From contig BFEA01000008.1 of assembly GCA_003427395.1 (NCBI GenBank), positions 2,543,157-2,607,156 of the forward strand: DNA of 64,000 nucleotides. The letters run 5' to 3'. The notes under the pieces were generated by a model, which was not told the origin of the DNA, searched no databases, and saw nothing but the letters and a program-made list of their open reading frames with translations. The DNA is from Chara braunii (lineage: Eukaryota > Plantae > Charophyceae). Below are positions 24,476 to 37,899 of this stretch, one piece after another. Position numbers and translations under genes: made by a program. Numbering within the stretch: position 1 is the first letter of the stretch; the number at the start of each line of letters is the position of its first letter.

Positions 24476-25019
24476 GTGACTCCCAGGTAGTTTGCCCTTC
24501 TTTTTTTTTTATTTGCAAATACAGAGCAAGGGTGTTAAACCGCCAGCACCTTCTTTTTTTTTTCCTTCCAAACACAGGCCAGAAATTGGCCTGCGCGCCA
24601 CAGAAATACGTTTCCACACACGGATGCACCTGCCCGCCGCCGGCAGCCATTTGGCGGCGGGCAGTTACCTCTGTGCCAAGCATTTGTTTTTCAAGCGCGG
24701 AAAGGTGCTGGTGGTCTGGAAACTTGTGTATGTAACCTGTAAGCGGTATATAATTCGCAAGCTATGTGTGTATGCCCGAAAGCTATGTGTACTCTGTGAA
24801 TCATGTATCGATGAGAGAACGGGTCAGCTGGACAGATTCACAGAATATATACACAAAAAACAGGCTGGGGAGCTAGTCACTGGTGGGGTCTAGTGCCTGC
24901 AGTAGGTTCAGGTAGCCTGAGGTAGGTTGGATAGGGTGCCATGGTGTGCAGTTCCTACTGACATTCGGATAGAACTGTCTGGTGGCTATATATATATGGG
25001 GCCTTTAGTTCATTGTCTG

Positions 25020-25333
25020 GGCCTGGCGTCCGAAGTTCCCAGTCGACAAGGTTCGTCCTATTCCGCTTCCACCAGGGCTGTGCAATCTATCAGCCCTGGT
25101 GCTTATCGCTGCTGTTCGGTCCAAGTTACCTGGCAGTGCCCGTTGGTAGGGTAATGGTCCTGAGTGCTGGTCACACTGAGGTAGGATAGTCGGATAGGGG
25201 GTGCGCTAGGAGTATTGACGTGAGGATGGGTTGGGAGGTGGTCTCATATTCCAGGACACCCACGGCTCACAGTTCCAGGTGATCACTGTGCACACACTGA
25301 CCTCTACAACACCCTGGACTTAAAAAAAAAAAA
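25020..25333 (+). mobile_element. Poly(A)-tailed retroposon 3' end, copy 2
   Basis: Homologous to 1516-1832; ends in an A run. Confidence 0.75.
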
Positions 25334-27036
25334 GGTACTGATGGTCTAAGTGGCCGTGTCGAAAGATCGGGAGACTCCCATTAGTACCCAGACGGTCCCC
25401 TTGGCAGCCACCACTGACCATCCTCCTCGTAGCCTCATAGTTCCCAAGCCGCACTTGCCCATACTCTCATAGTTCCTGAATCCCCAGCCTCTTCATCTTT
25501 TCAGTCACCTCAGCTAGAATCAAGCCTACCATTTTATATGTACAGTTCAACTTTAAGTTATTCCCCCGTTGTTGCACAGCATGCCTTTTATGCCAGAAGT
25601 CCGACGGTCCTTAACCCACTTCCTTGATACGACTTGCCTTTGGTCTGTCCTGTGAGTGCTTCAGCCCAAGCACTCAGATGCCTACGGGTCCTAGGCTTGC
25701 CAAAATGCACGAAACCAGTATACGTGCATAGAACCATATCTAAGACGGCTGGGCTGCAACGGAATGCATTTTTTTATTTTTTTTTTGTTGTTGTTGTTGT
25801 TGAAAGGTTTATTCTTTTAGGCCGAACCAATTCAATTACCCTGTCGAATCTGGACAGGCCGTTTTTATTGTCATGATATATTAGGGGGAACCCGTAGCAG
25901 CCACATCATGCTCAAGCCTCCAAAGAGGGAACATGCGGGAGCTGCACCCACCAGCAGGTGTGATACCTGCAACAGCAGGCGGGTGATGCCGGCCAGGGGT
26001 CAGCCGGTGACATCCGGAAACCAGTATGTGTGCTGCAAAAAAGGAAAAAAGAAAAAAAAACGGCAACAGAACCCACAGCCGGCAGCGGCGGTTCATGTCC
26101 GACTTCTGGGTTGGTCTCCTCAAACGATGGGTCCATCTCTCAAACCGAGTTCAGCTTGCCGCGCATCAAACCGCACAGGTTCTTCTTCGCACTCTCATCG
26201 GTCCTGACCAAAAGGACTGAATTGAACCCAAGACCTCATAAATGCCACTTGCGTGCCTTACCAACCAAGATAGGCCACTGGATAACAGAATGTGTTTTCT
26301 TCTCACACTACGTGGCAGGAGAGGTATAGGCTAAGATTCTCATACACGAAGGACTGCATTCACAGATTGGACACGACCCAGAGGTCGTAGTCACACACCA
26401 AACACAATAGCTGTTTCAACAAAGAAAATTCTACTAGTTGCATCAGCTCGTCTCCTTACACATGACCCTCCGCCTTCCCCCAGGGCCTTCCCTTCTCGCC
26501 CTCTCCCTCGCGCGTCGCCTCCGTCTTACTCTTGCAAGCACGCAGAGGAGCTAGACTGACGTCCGCCAGTATTTTATCGCAAAGTCAAAGTCACGTCAAT
26601 GCATCTGCTATACATCGCTCGGGCCTGATAGCGCTACAAGCTTGGAGCGAAGTCCCGGGCTCAAAGTGCTACCTTCATCACCGAATACAGAGTACGATCA
26701 GTCTATAGCTGTATTTGGGGCATCTTTCAGTCTAGCTTCTTCAGCGGAATACAACGTGCAGTCATTATAGCTGAATTTGGGGCAGCTTTCAGTCTAAATA
26801 CAATAATGACCGTACGCTGTAGTCGGCTGAAGAAGGTAGGTACAGCAATAATTACTGTATTCGCGTGAAGAACGTAAGAAGGTAGTCCGTATTTTCAGTC
26901 ACGTGAAGCTTGAGCGCAAATAGTCCTGCAAGCAACTACCAATGAAAGGATCACAACAGAAAAATCAGCCCTACCCAGGTTCGAATACCAGTCGGTAGAG
27001 TCCCTGCCAATGGCTACAGGATAGCCCTTATTGTTA

Positions 27037-27136
27037 GGGCATACTCACACTAGCACTTTTTCACTTATTTCTGCACGGATGCATACAGGAATTGCGGCCA
27101 GACAGGTCCTGTGGTAAATGCGATCAGAGTATGCCC
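27037..27136. mobile_element. Tourist/PIF-Harbinger-like MITE
   Basis: TTA|GGGCATACTC...GAGTATGCCC|TTA. Confidence 0.75.
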
Positions 27137-27139
27137 TTA

Positions 27140-27245
27140 GGGCATCGTCACACCGCTCTACAAATGTGCGAAATGAGAATGAACTTCCGGCTCGAACATG
27201 GCCAGATGCACCCGCCACATTTGTCTTTTTGGTGTGGCGAGGCCC
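27140..27245. mobile_element. Tourist-like MITE (family also at 33962 and 60034)
   Basis: TTA|GGGCATCGTCACACC...GGTGTGGCGAGGCCC|TTA; internal homology to the other copies. Confidence 0.8.
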
Positions 27246-27248
27246 TTA

Positions 27249-28940
27249 GTCACCGTGAAGTCTCCGAACGAGCCGTGTTGGTCTTACGAACAACTGACAA
27301 TAAACCATAAAACAGCAAAACAAAGTCCAACCATATTTGTATCCCACTCCTGTAAATTGACTTCTTTCCACTATCCTACTGCTAATAATAAGCGTCTCAT
27401 CCCTCAGTACTTACGGTTAGTAAAAAGCTGCGTTTTGGCGCATCCCACAGTATTCCGATTTCGTAGGAGGTCCCTGTAGCTTCGGAGGAGAGTGGAAACA
27501 TTTGTAGTCGTGGCGGGCAGGGAATGAACGGCGCCGAAGGAGCTGAAGGGAAAATGCAAGAGAGCTCGGCCCGTACCCTGCCGCAAAAAATAAGGGGCAC
27601 TTTTCTTTTCTTTTTTCGTGAAATTGTATGTGTCCGTTTCGGTGGGCTGGTTTGTCCGTGGTTAGGTTTGCTGTGTCGCACGACGTAGGAGGTCCCGGTA
27701 GTGTCCGTGCAAGTGGACCGTTTTCCAACCCCAAAATCAACCCGCCCATCAAAAACCGCCTAAACCCACGTCAAAGCTGCGAACGAAACGGGCCAGTGGG
27801 GTCCCCATTTTCTTTTACGGCCCGACTGGAGCGGCCCCAGCTTTTTCATTACTTTTACGGATTCGTCTTCTGTAAGTAGAGCGGGATCAGACCAGTGCCG
27901 GCCCCGTGAACGTGACCGGCAACGGTCACCTGTCCGTGACCGGCCGGTCACCGGCCTAAAATCCGTGAACGACCGTTCACGGGGGCCGTTCATGGGTTTT
28001 CCGCCCACGGGGACGGCGGTACGGTCGGGATGGGGGCGNNNNNNNNNNNNNNNNNNNNNNNNNNNNNNNNNNNNNNNNNNNNNNNNNNNNNNNNNNNNNN
28101 NNNNNNNNNNNNNNNNNNNNNNNNNNNNNNNNNNNNNNNNNNNNNNNNNNNNNNNNNNNNNNNNNNNNNNNNNNNNNNNNNNNNNNNNNNNNNNNNNNNN
28201 NNNNNNNNNNNNNNNNNNNNNNNNNNNNNNNNNNNNNNNNNNNNNNNNNNNNNNNNNNNNNNNNNNNNNNNNNNNNNNNNNNNNNNNNNNNNNNNNNNNN
28301 NNNNNNNNNNNNNNNNNNNNNNNNNNNNNNNNNNNNNNNNNNNNNNNNNNNNNNNNNNNNNNNNNNNNNNNNNNNNNNNNNNNNNNNNNNNNNNNNNNNN
28401 NNNNNNNNNNNNNNNNNNGTCAGTCACTGTTTTTTGTAGGGCCCCAAAACACCCTCAGAATGGGGGTACAGCCGACGGAAGCTATAACAAACACATCCGA
28501 ACTCGGTTTCTTTTTTGATTTTTTTTTTTTTTTTCAATAAATTAAAAAATATGTAGTCTGATCATAATTTTTTTTTTTTTTTTTTTGGGCAGGTGCCCAT
28601 TGACATGGACCACACACCTATGTGAAAAAAACACCCCCCTACCAGCCAAAAAAAAAAAAAAAACGGAGTTCCTGCTCTGCGTGAACTCCATGAAGTACGA
28701 CCGGTCACGTTTTTCACCGGCCCGCGTTCACCGGGGCCGTGAACGGTGAACGGGGGTACGGCACTATTTCAGACACCAAGCATAGTCACGGTGACGTCAT
28801 TCTGAGTTTGGGCCGTGTTGGTCTTACGAACAACTGACAATGAACGATAAAACAGCAAAATAAAGTCCAACCCATATTTGTATCCCACTCCCGTAAATTG
28901 ACTTCCACTATCCTACTCGGACCTACTGCTAATAATAAGC
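27249..28940. repeat. Direct repeat pair of about 150 bp (27249-27392 and 28784-28940) flanking a GC-rich element and an N gap
   Basis: Shared gccgtgttggtcttacgaacaactgacaat...catatttgtatcccactcc.gtaaattgacttc. Confidence 0.75.
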
Positions 28941-29137
28941 ATAGATCCACACTTCGAATCACGTTCCATGCACTACTGCAGCTCAGCAATCGCTTCGTTA
29001 GCAGTGGGAATGGCCCAGCGGCCAGGACCCAACATTGCCCCAATCATGGATCAAGAGTCTACAACAAGCAAACTACTCTTTTTATCTCATCAACAACTCG
29101 TCACTCACATCATTCCGAGTCATCCATCACCCCGTAC

Positions 29138-29194
29138 CGGCCCAGCTAGCAGTTTGCACAGGTTTCCTTTGTCCCGAGTAAAGCTCCGGATTGC
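29138..29194 (-). CDS. Candidate second exon of the host gene (AIRSFTRDKGNLCKLLAGP)
   Basis: cag|...|gtacgg boundaries; 57 nt, phase 0, compatible with exon 30725-31447. Confidence 0.3.
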
Positions 29195-29259
29195 CTGACT
29201 GAAGAAGTGGCGTTGGGTACTTTCCCATGCGTAATTCCATTTTGAGAGGAATTAACCTC

Positions 29260-29548
29260 TAACCACCATTTCGTCAAAATGGACTTTTTTTTTGTTTTTT
29301 TGAACGAAATTGAAACCGAGTTTTTTTTTGCCCGAAAACTCGTCCAAATTTGCTGCTCCTGAGGGTCCGGCATTCCCTCCTGGATGTATCTGGTCTCAAG
29401 CTGAGTCCATTTACATCCAGGGGGTCCAGCATTTTAAGAACGCCGAACCCTCAGGAGCAGCAAATTGGATGAGTTCTCGGCCAAGAAACTCGGTCTCAAT
29501 TTTGTTCAAATAAATAAAAAAATGTCCATTTTGACGAAATGGCAGTTA
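29260..29548. mobile_element. MITE with long TIRs (family also at 39948-40290)
   Basis: taaccaccatttcgtcaaaatggac ... gtccattttgacgaaatggcagtta; inverted similarity extends over about 100 bp. Confidence 0.88.
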
Positions 29549-30139
29549 CTGTAACTGTTGTCTCACTCATGTAAGAGCTCGTCATCGGGTTGTGATGCAT
29601 TCTATGCAGGGCGATAACAATGACTGCCAGTTTTGCCTTCTTGCATGTCCAAGAATGGAAGTCTTGGGAAATCTTAGCGAAAGGTAAGTACTAAGTTCCA
29701 ATCCCCCACGCAAATCCTCCTCATTCTTCAGAAGATGGCAGCAACCCAGGAACAGAAACAATTCCGTAACGCTCAGTCCGCATCCAAGGAGCTCCCAATT
29801 CTCTCTCCCACTATAGGTCTTCTTCTACAAACCAGTAAATCCGCAATTTGCCGAATTTTTCCCTATGCATTACGACTCGAGCCTCACACAACGCAACAGC
29901 TGCAACACACCCTCCGGAACACACGGCTCCCTATGGGATGTCACCAACGGCAGAGCAGAGGCCCACACATTTTTTCTTGTTTTTTGACACTTTCCATTTA
30001 ATTTACTCGTGTGCTAGTGGAACCGTGGCCCCAGGGTGGGACTGGCCCAGTGGGGCTGCAGGGCACCCCCCTTACCGGACCATGGAATACAAATTGCAAA
30101 AGGATTTCTTTTTTTTTGAGCCGTGTCCAGGGAAAAAAG

Positions 30140-30209
<70 letters not shown>

Positions 30210-30724
30210 CTCGCACCACGGAATCATGCTGGATGCTTCCTGGACCAGCTGCATTCCGAGTCGGATGAGTTCAACAGGTCGAACGAGTAGACTCCAGAAT
30301 GCATCCAAAAGGGCTTTTGTTTTCCCATTTTCTCGCCCCCTAAAAAAAAAAAAAAAAAAAAAACATATTGGGAGGTTACCTGAGAGGTGCGCAACCCCCC
30401 TCCCAACTGTTATAGCCATAGCTTCATCTTCGTTGATTTTGCAATGGCTATTGTGGTGTCAACGTGATACCTACATATATTTTCAATGACTCTATCAGTG
30501 CCGGTGTCTTTCCTCCAGTACGAACAAGACAGCCTCATCAAGAAAGCCAACATTGTATTCTTCTTCTTCTTGTTCTTCTTCTTCTAACGTGGGTATCCCC
30601 TGATGTCACGGCATTGTATCTGTTTATTAACAGTTACGTGTGTGACCTTGTCAGCCACATGGACGTCACACTGATTTCGACGAAATGACTGGGACGGTTA
30701 GCAATGCGAGCTACGGAAGCTTAC

Positions 30725-31447
30725 CTTATTGATCACGTCTGCGATTACTGCTGCAGAGTAACTCTCAGATGAAGCACTGGAATTGCCATCCGAAAGCAAA
30801 TTCAACGAAGAGGAGGGCCATTGTCGTAGTTCTTGCTGTGCAGAAGTAGGGTCTTGCTCGCTGAGCTCGTTCACGGCCTGGCTGCCGCCCCCGAACTTGA
30901 ATGTTGACGGAAGACAAGGATCATGACCACCTTTACCGTGCAGATGCAGATCGCCATCCTGCACAGCTACTGCTGGTGGTGTGGTCGGCGACTGCTGCAC
31001 AGCCTGCACTCTCTGCAGCACTCGTCGCCCGCATGTCCTTGGAAGAGCGGTGTTGAAACAGCTGCGGCTGGCCAAAATCTCAGAGCAGCATCTCCGCTGC
31101 AGCTGCAGTGCCCGAAATTTGAAATCTACGCTCATTCGTGGCATTCGAACTTCTGTCCGGTCGGTGGCCGCAGGTGCATTCCGCATGTCACTAAACGTTG
31201 ACCTCCGGACACTGGCGATTGCAAGATTGGCGGTCATCTCACAAACTCGGCGAGTTGTGCAGTTCTTATCAAAATAGAAAGCCTCATCGGTCAGCAGCCC
31301 CCTCCTTCCCTCCCTCTCTCCATCAATCATCATCATCAAATTCAGAGATGGAGAATGCACTCCTTTTCCAATCTCCTGTCCAGCATGCCCAGCTCCCTTC
31401 ATTGTCACCTGAACAAGAGAGGTAACCTTCGCCATCGACATAGCCAT
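30725..31447 (-). CDS. Probable first exon of a host gene (241 codons), possibly including an organellar transit peptide
   Basis: ATG at 31447 after a (GA)n leader; open frame to a canonical AAG|GTAAGC donor; R/S/A-rich segment ending RVQAV; no transposon motifs. Confidence 0.5.
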
Positions 31448-31461
31448 CTTCGCAACGCAGG

Positions 31462-31496
<35 letters not shown>

Positions 31497-31498
<2 letters not shown>

Positions 31499-31569
31499 GT
31501 CTCTTATACACATCTAGATGTGTATAAGAGACAGAGTGGACCCAGCTCCTGGCGCACCAAGGGGACGTG
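31497..31569. other. Nextera mate-pair junction adapter plus chimeric read (assembly artefact)
   Basis: CTGTCTCTTATACACATCT+AGATGTGTATAAGAGACAG (31497-31534), then 35 bp identical to 18428-18462, then an N gap. Confidence 0.97.
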
Positions 31570-31593
31570 NNNNNNNNNNNNNNNNNNNNNNNN

Positions 31594-31624
<31 letters not shown>

Positions 31625-31633
31625 CTGTCTGTC

Positions 31634-31674
<41 letters not shown>

Positions 31675-32150
31675 CTCTCGGTTGCTCGCTCGCTATCTCG
31701 CTTGCACACACGTACACACATTTGTGAGTTCTGTGCCGTTCTTTACCACCAGTTCACGCCCCTGCCTGTCCCTGCTATTGCAGTAAACTGCAGCCGGTAG
31801 AGCTTTGGGGCAAAGGGCTGGTAGGCCAAAAAAATTTAAGGGGTACAATGGGTAGGCGGGCACCATATGTGAAAACAACAAACACGGCCAGACTCAGAAA
31901 GCTAGAGTGCGAGCTTTGAAAAGAGACAAAAAACGAAAAGAATTAAAACAACAAAAAGAACTTCTGAGGCCCGCCACTTGGCGCGTGGAAAAGGATTGTG
32001 AAGAGCCAGAACACATAGGGCAGACCCAGAAAAACAAAATACAGGCAAAAAAAGAAGAGGGGAAAGAAGAAAGAAAAAGAAAACAAAGTACGGCCCAAAA
32101 AAAAAAAAGAAAAAAAAAGAAAAGGAAAAAAAAAACTTAAAAATAAAGAT

Positions 32151-32548
32151 GGGATAATTTGCAAAATACCCCCATAAGTTGAGAATCTTGAGATATATGC
32201 CAAAATGCCCCTAATGGATGAGGGTAGAGCTAAGAGCGGAATACCCCTCTGACAAAAAAAAAAATTGTGAAATGCCCCTAGCGTCGGTTGGACCTCCATC
32301 TTTGCAGTATACCCCTACCGGGTACCGTCCAACTTTGCACCATGCCCCGGTACTTGCCAACTTTTCCTAGGCGCTATTGCAAAAGGCCAAGGCCCAAACC
32401 AGGCGGTCCAGATTGCAAAGTTGCACACCCGCCTGACAGGGGCACAACACAAAGATCTCGGCCCAAAAGGGCATTCGGCTCTACCCACATCTTTCAGGGG
32501 CATTTTGGCATAGATCTCAACTTATGGGGGTATTTTGCAAATTATCCC
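32151..32548. mobile_element. Mutator-like MITE
   Basis: TIRs gggataatttgcaaaatacccccataagttgaga / tctcaacttatgggggtattttgcaaattatccc; no clean TSD. Confidence 0.85.
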
Positions 32549-32601
32549 AAAAAAGAAAAAAGAAAAAAGATATGAGTGTGGGTAGTGCCGTAAGCCCATC
32601 C

Positions 32602-33738
32602 AGTGGCCTAGCTCAATTGGTTAGGCACGCATGTGGCATTCAGGAGGTTGTGGGTTCGAGCCCCAAAACGGCCTGCGGCGCACTTAGTACTAACCAGCGG
32701 TGATATGCCGCTTGATACCTCTGATCGGTAATAGCATGGTCCTTGGCCAACATGGTAATAGCATGGTCCTTGGCCAACACAGGTGTGAGTGTGAGTGTCA
32801 GTGGGTTGTGTGTGGTGTGTGGGAGAGTGTTGGCCCTAGACAGTGCTGTTATTCGGTTGGGGGCGGAGGACGATGAAAAGGGAGGCGCAGCTACTGGCAA
32901 AATGCTCGGTCTTTGCGTTCGCCGGACCCCCACAGGCAGCCCCACCCCATCCTTGACCACCATGGTTAGGGCGGGGCGCAGCATGCATCCCCTCTCAGAC
33001 TGATGGCTGGAGGGAGACAACAAAGCTAGGTTTGCAGGGGTCCCCTGTCTAAGCATTAGGAGTAGTGGTAGGTAGGTAGTGAAGGTGAATTGGAAGAATT
33101 TGAAAGAAGATGAAAGATACACCAGGCAGATGACTGCATGGTTGCATGGTTGCAAGGGGACTGTTCAAGGAAGGGCCGGGTGACGGGAGGACCCACTGGT
33201 GCCGCCCAATGGCTCCTCCCGGTACCCTGACCAGATGAAGGGTTGAAGAAGGAGAAGGGGATCAGCTGGACTCCTGCTCCTCGCCCACACATCTCAGGCA
33301 CCTTTCTGCATAAGGGCTGCTGTTTCCAGGCCCATGGCGTCTGCAGATTATGGAAAGCTGGTTTAGTGATTACAGTTAGAGAGCCTTCACAACCAGTTCT
33401 GGAGTCCAGAGCAGGCAATACTGGCAGGTTTCCTCCAGTTATTGTTCTAAAAATCGTTCTCCCAAGTTTTTTTTTCCAACGTCCTCCTCAGTCAATCCCC
33501 TGTAATCCAGGGTAATCAATGCTGGCAGGATTGTTTCTCTGATGTTCTCTGATTACATTCTGTAAAAGGGACGCTGGACCCGTTTTCCAGCAGGTGATGC
33601 TCCCCACCAATAGATGGAGCCTCTCCCCGAGTGGTAGTGGTGTCTGCTCATATCAGCACCACTAGCACCGGTGGGGGTTTCTTGAACAAAAAAAAAAGAA
33701 AAAAAAGAAAAAGAAAAAAAGAAAAAAATAATAATAAA
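32602..33738 (+). mobile_element. tRNA-derived SINE-like element with LINE-related 3' tail
   Basis: A box tagctcaattgg and B box ggttcgagccc; 3' block (33572-33620) shared with the LINE 3' UTR (24131-24178); A-rich tail. Confidence 0.6.
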
Positions 33739-33790
33739 AATATATATATATATATATTGCCTTAAGCCCGCCACTGGCGGGGACATAACA

Positions 33791-33938
33791 TCCCCTCAGT
33801 GATGTCAGGCGCCCTCCTGCCGTGATAAGGGGGAGGAAACAACAAGAAATCGCCAGTTTTTTTGTCCCCTCAGTGATGTCAGGCACCCTCCTGCCGTGAT
33901 AAGGGGGAGGAAACCACAAGAAATCGTCAGTTTTTTTC
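33791..33938. repeat. Tandem duplication of about 74 bp
   Basis: tcccctcagtgatgtcaggc.ccctcctgccgtgataagggggaggaaac.acaagaaatcg.cagttttttt twice. Confidence 0.9.
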
Positions 33939-33961
33939 CCTTTTTTTTGGTTTCTGTTTTA

Positions 33962-34082
33962 GGGCATCGCCACACCATTCTTGAGATGTGCAAAATGAGA
34001 ATGAACTTCCCGCTAGAACATGGCCAATGCATCCGCCACATTTTTGTCTTTTTCACATTTCGAGAGTGGTGTGGCTATGCCC
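33962..34082. mobile_element. Tourist-like MITE
   Basis: TTA|GGGCATCGCCACACCATTC...GAGTGGTGTGGCTATGCCC|TTA. Confidence 0.85.
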
Positions 34083-37000
34083 TTAGAAGCAACAAGCCTC
34101 TTGGCCTCGCCACACGGCACACGAACCGAAAACTTTCACGAGCTCGTACAGTGTTCAAGTTCACACCACCACACGGTCACACGAATCTCAATAGTGAAAA
34201 AGAACTCGCAAGGTGTCAGGTCCTCGTCGTAAGGAAAAGCAAACTGTGGTTCGTGGGGAGGTTGTGGCACCCCACCTGCAGCACCTCAATTTTCATGGGT
34301 CCTTGCAAGGACCCATGAATCCCCCTCCAACTCTCACGAATCCTCACGAGTGTGTCCAAGGCAGTCTATTGTCTTTCTTGACTTCTGATATCGATAGAGA
34401 CTTGTTTGTTTTTTTTTGACTTTTTTTTTCTTTTTTCGGTGCTCATTGGTGTTCGTTACGCGTGCTCCCTGGGGCCTGGAGGGGGATCCCACTAGCCAGG
34501 TATGTGGATTAGTGTGACGGGTGGGGGACGGGTGGGGGACAGGTGGGTGGCAGCGTGAAATAGGGAAAATAAACGTAAAAAAACAAGGGCAAGAGTAACT
34601 CCATACACCATTTGCTGTAGGTGAGGGGATCGAACCCTCCCAAACTCCTCCCAAAAAATAAGGGGGCACATGCATGTCAAAGGAAGAGGACAACAGCATT
34701 GCCCATGTGAAACATTTGCGGGGACTACAGACAACTTGGACGAGGGTCTAGCACGGACTGACATTCCCTCATGATGGGAAACACCGGAAAATTTTGTTTT
34801 CGGCCTCTCTTTCACGCATGGGCCACGACCCAAAGGTGAGTGAAAGGTGAGTGAAAAGCAACACAAAAAAAATGGGTCTGATTTTCACTCACGTTCGGGA
34901 CCCCCAGAGGAACACGGCAAGCAAAACAAAAGAAAGACCACCCAATGGGATGCTCCAAAAAAACATATATTTTCGAGGGCTAAAATACAGGAAAAACAAA
35001 ACCACCGATCCCCATTCCCATCGACGGCGGAGGCGGGTCACACACCCTCTACACTACTCCACATACAATGCTAGTGTAGCGAAGTATTCTACTATGTGTG
35101 ACGCAATTTTATGTTTTTTTGGAAAATACAGAGTGATTTTTTATTTGCATGAAAGGATCGTTTTTTTATTTAAAATGAATTGAAATAGCACATAAAACTA
35201 TGAAGAACAGCTGTGCCCCCGAATTCATTGGTTGGTACGATCTCCTTCACGTAAGTCTTCATACTGATGCACCGTGGCAATAAAATGTGTCTACGAACAC
35301 AGCCGAGGATAAACAAGTAATGGCTATAGGGATACATTCATCCCCATGTATCTCATGATGCCTCTAACAGGCCATCCGACAGACGCGGAAGCGTTCCTGT
35401 CAGATCCACCACGATATCGGAATTTCACATTTCAAGTTCTATTTCTCAGAGCAAAAAAAAAAAAAAAAGAGAAAACTACAGCGCAGTCAGGGTTTGAGTT
35501 TGTAATTGCACTTGAGGCAAAAGGGCTGGTAATGCTTGGTTGTGGTCAACGATAGTTGGTAATCCTAGATTGGTCGTGGGAGGAAAGGGAGAGATGTGGG
35601 GACGGCCAGCGCGCAGGATCTGTGCACCGTACATATCAGAATTATTACCCGATCAGGGGCTTTGCCCGCTGATTGTAGATACGTAACACTATCGTGTTGT
35701 GGCGGCGGACGCAATTTCATCCGAATGAAGAGCTGGAGATGAACGAAGAGAGTACATCGACAAGCGTCGACTTCCGGGAGACTAGATGATGGAATTCTCG
35801 CTGTGATTGGTATCGCCCAGAGCTGTTGGCGAATTGCTGACACAGGGCTTCAGCCTCGACCACGGTTTGTCCATCGTAGCAGATGCTCCTGCTTCGGACG
35901 TGGTGTTGCTCACGACTTCCTAGTCTTTGGATCTTTGACGGGTTATGACTGTGTTTTACGAACGTTACGATTTAGACTAATTGCCAGGCTATATAGGTTA
36001 GGAACGGGTTTCCAGTGGATACCGATTTTGGGTTTGTTTTGGGTTTTCTTTGGTTGTGATTTGCTGTCTCCTTGTGTGAAAATGTCGAATTCAAGTTTGG
36101 GTCGGACTTCGGCTGGCTTTGTGGAATTGGGCTGCGTACGTTGCCATTGCTGTCGACTCACTGCTTTAATTCGATATTCAGTGATGGTAACCTTGTCCAA
36201 CCTTGTCCGTTGGTTGTCTGTTTGGTTTGGGTGGTTTTTAGTTGCGATTTGCTGTTTCCCTGGGTGAAAACTTTGAATTCAGGTTTGTGTACGATTCCGA
36301 CTGGTTGTGTGGAATTCGGTGACGGCAATTTTGTCGATTGGTTGGAAGTGGGGAGAGAGAGAGAGAGAGANGAGTTACTACTCTAACTACGCGTTTGGTT
36401 TAGCAATTTGATTGGTTNGTTNAATTACGGCACAGTGGAACAGTGGAATTGAATTTTTTGAGCTGTGCTAGTAGCAGGATGCCTGGCTAGTAGTGGATAG
36501 GGTTGAGCAATAAATAGGGTTTGAGTAACTTTAGTTTTGGTGTTGGTTGTTTTTTTATCGTAATTACCGCTGGTTAGGGTTTGCGTGAATTGAGTAATCC
36601 TTCACTGGTTTTGGTCTTGGAACTTCAGATAGGATAGATTTGATCTTTACTGGATGGTAGCTTTCTCCCTTGTGTTTTTATTTTTGTTTTTTTAAGCAAC
36701 TTGACGCCAGATAGTGCTGGGGGGGACTGGGGTCTCGGTAGCTGGATGCTGTCGCTGGGGATGGGGTCGGCCGGGAGTGCCCTTCTTAGCCCGGATGGCT
36801 GCAGCATCTATGTGAGGGACGCCGGGCCCGTTTCCCGGCTTTTAACGAAGTTGAAATTTGTTTAAAAAAAAAAAAAAAAAAAAAAAAAGGGCCGGTAATG
36901 CTGAATGTATATGACCTACGTTTCGGGTCCGGTGGGGTCGAGTGGGGGTGTGTTGTATTCGCGGGATTGCCTGAAGTGCAATTACAAACTGTTTTCGTGA

Positions 37001-37899
37001 CTGCGCCAAAGTTACCCCAAAAAAAAAACAAAGTCTGGAAATCAACCCCCCCCCTTTAGAGCCCATAAAATCCAGACTTCCCGCCCACGCAAAGCCACGA
37101 GCTACCATGTCCAAGTTAGTCCAACTTTCTTTTGTTTTTTTTTCCGACGCATCTCGTTGGACGGAGGTGGGCATCCTTACAGTCCCCGCTCGGAAACTAC
37201 CAGGCCGTCCAGATCCTATCTATTCGACTGCCGTACTGTGTCACTCGAGCCCACACGTGATCGAAATCCTGAACGAAGTGGTAGAATACTTGGCTAATGG
37301 GTCCAGGCCCCTGCAGCAATGCAGCAGAAAATGAAACAAAAACGAACTTGCCCCCTCGCGAACCCTCACAAATTCTTTTTTTTCGTTTTGTTTTGTTTTT
37401 GCTGCCATGTCTGAATGTAGCAACAAACTCCAGAAATGTACACTGTATGGCAAAGAGTTACGGGCATCATTGTGGAGCAGATCGTAATTACGGCAAACTC
37501 ACTCTAGCACGGCAAACTCACTCTAGCACTTTCTAGAATGCATCTAACTGCGATTGCGCCCTGCTGCTACCACAATTTTTATTATTTTATTTTTTTCAGC
37601 CACGGCTTTGTTCAAATTTCAGCCCACGGACACCTAAAGGCGCTCCGACCGGCGCAATAGCGCTCGGTCCCAGTGCCGCTTGCCCGGGGGCAAGCCTAAC
37701 CGGCGGCAAGCACCTCCGTTGTGGTCGTGCTTCTGTGGGTAGTTTCCCTTCGCCTATTCACGTTGACGAAGGCCTACTATGGCGGCGGCCATAGTTGAGG
37801 ATACTAGCAGTTGTAGTGTTCGGTGCTGGTTCCCCTATTGAGTTTGTTCTTACGTTTCTAGAGTTGCCACTCTCTTCGGCAGTCGAAGATAGAGATAGG

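Noticed and set aside
31497-31534. Tn5/IS50 transposon ends or bacterial horizontal transfer
   Set aside because: Exact synthetic Nextera junction adapter next to an assembly gap.
32602-32676. Functional tRNA gene
   Set aside because: A and B boxes are present but the acceptor and anticodon stems do not pair; better explained as a SINE head.
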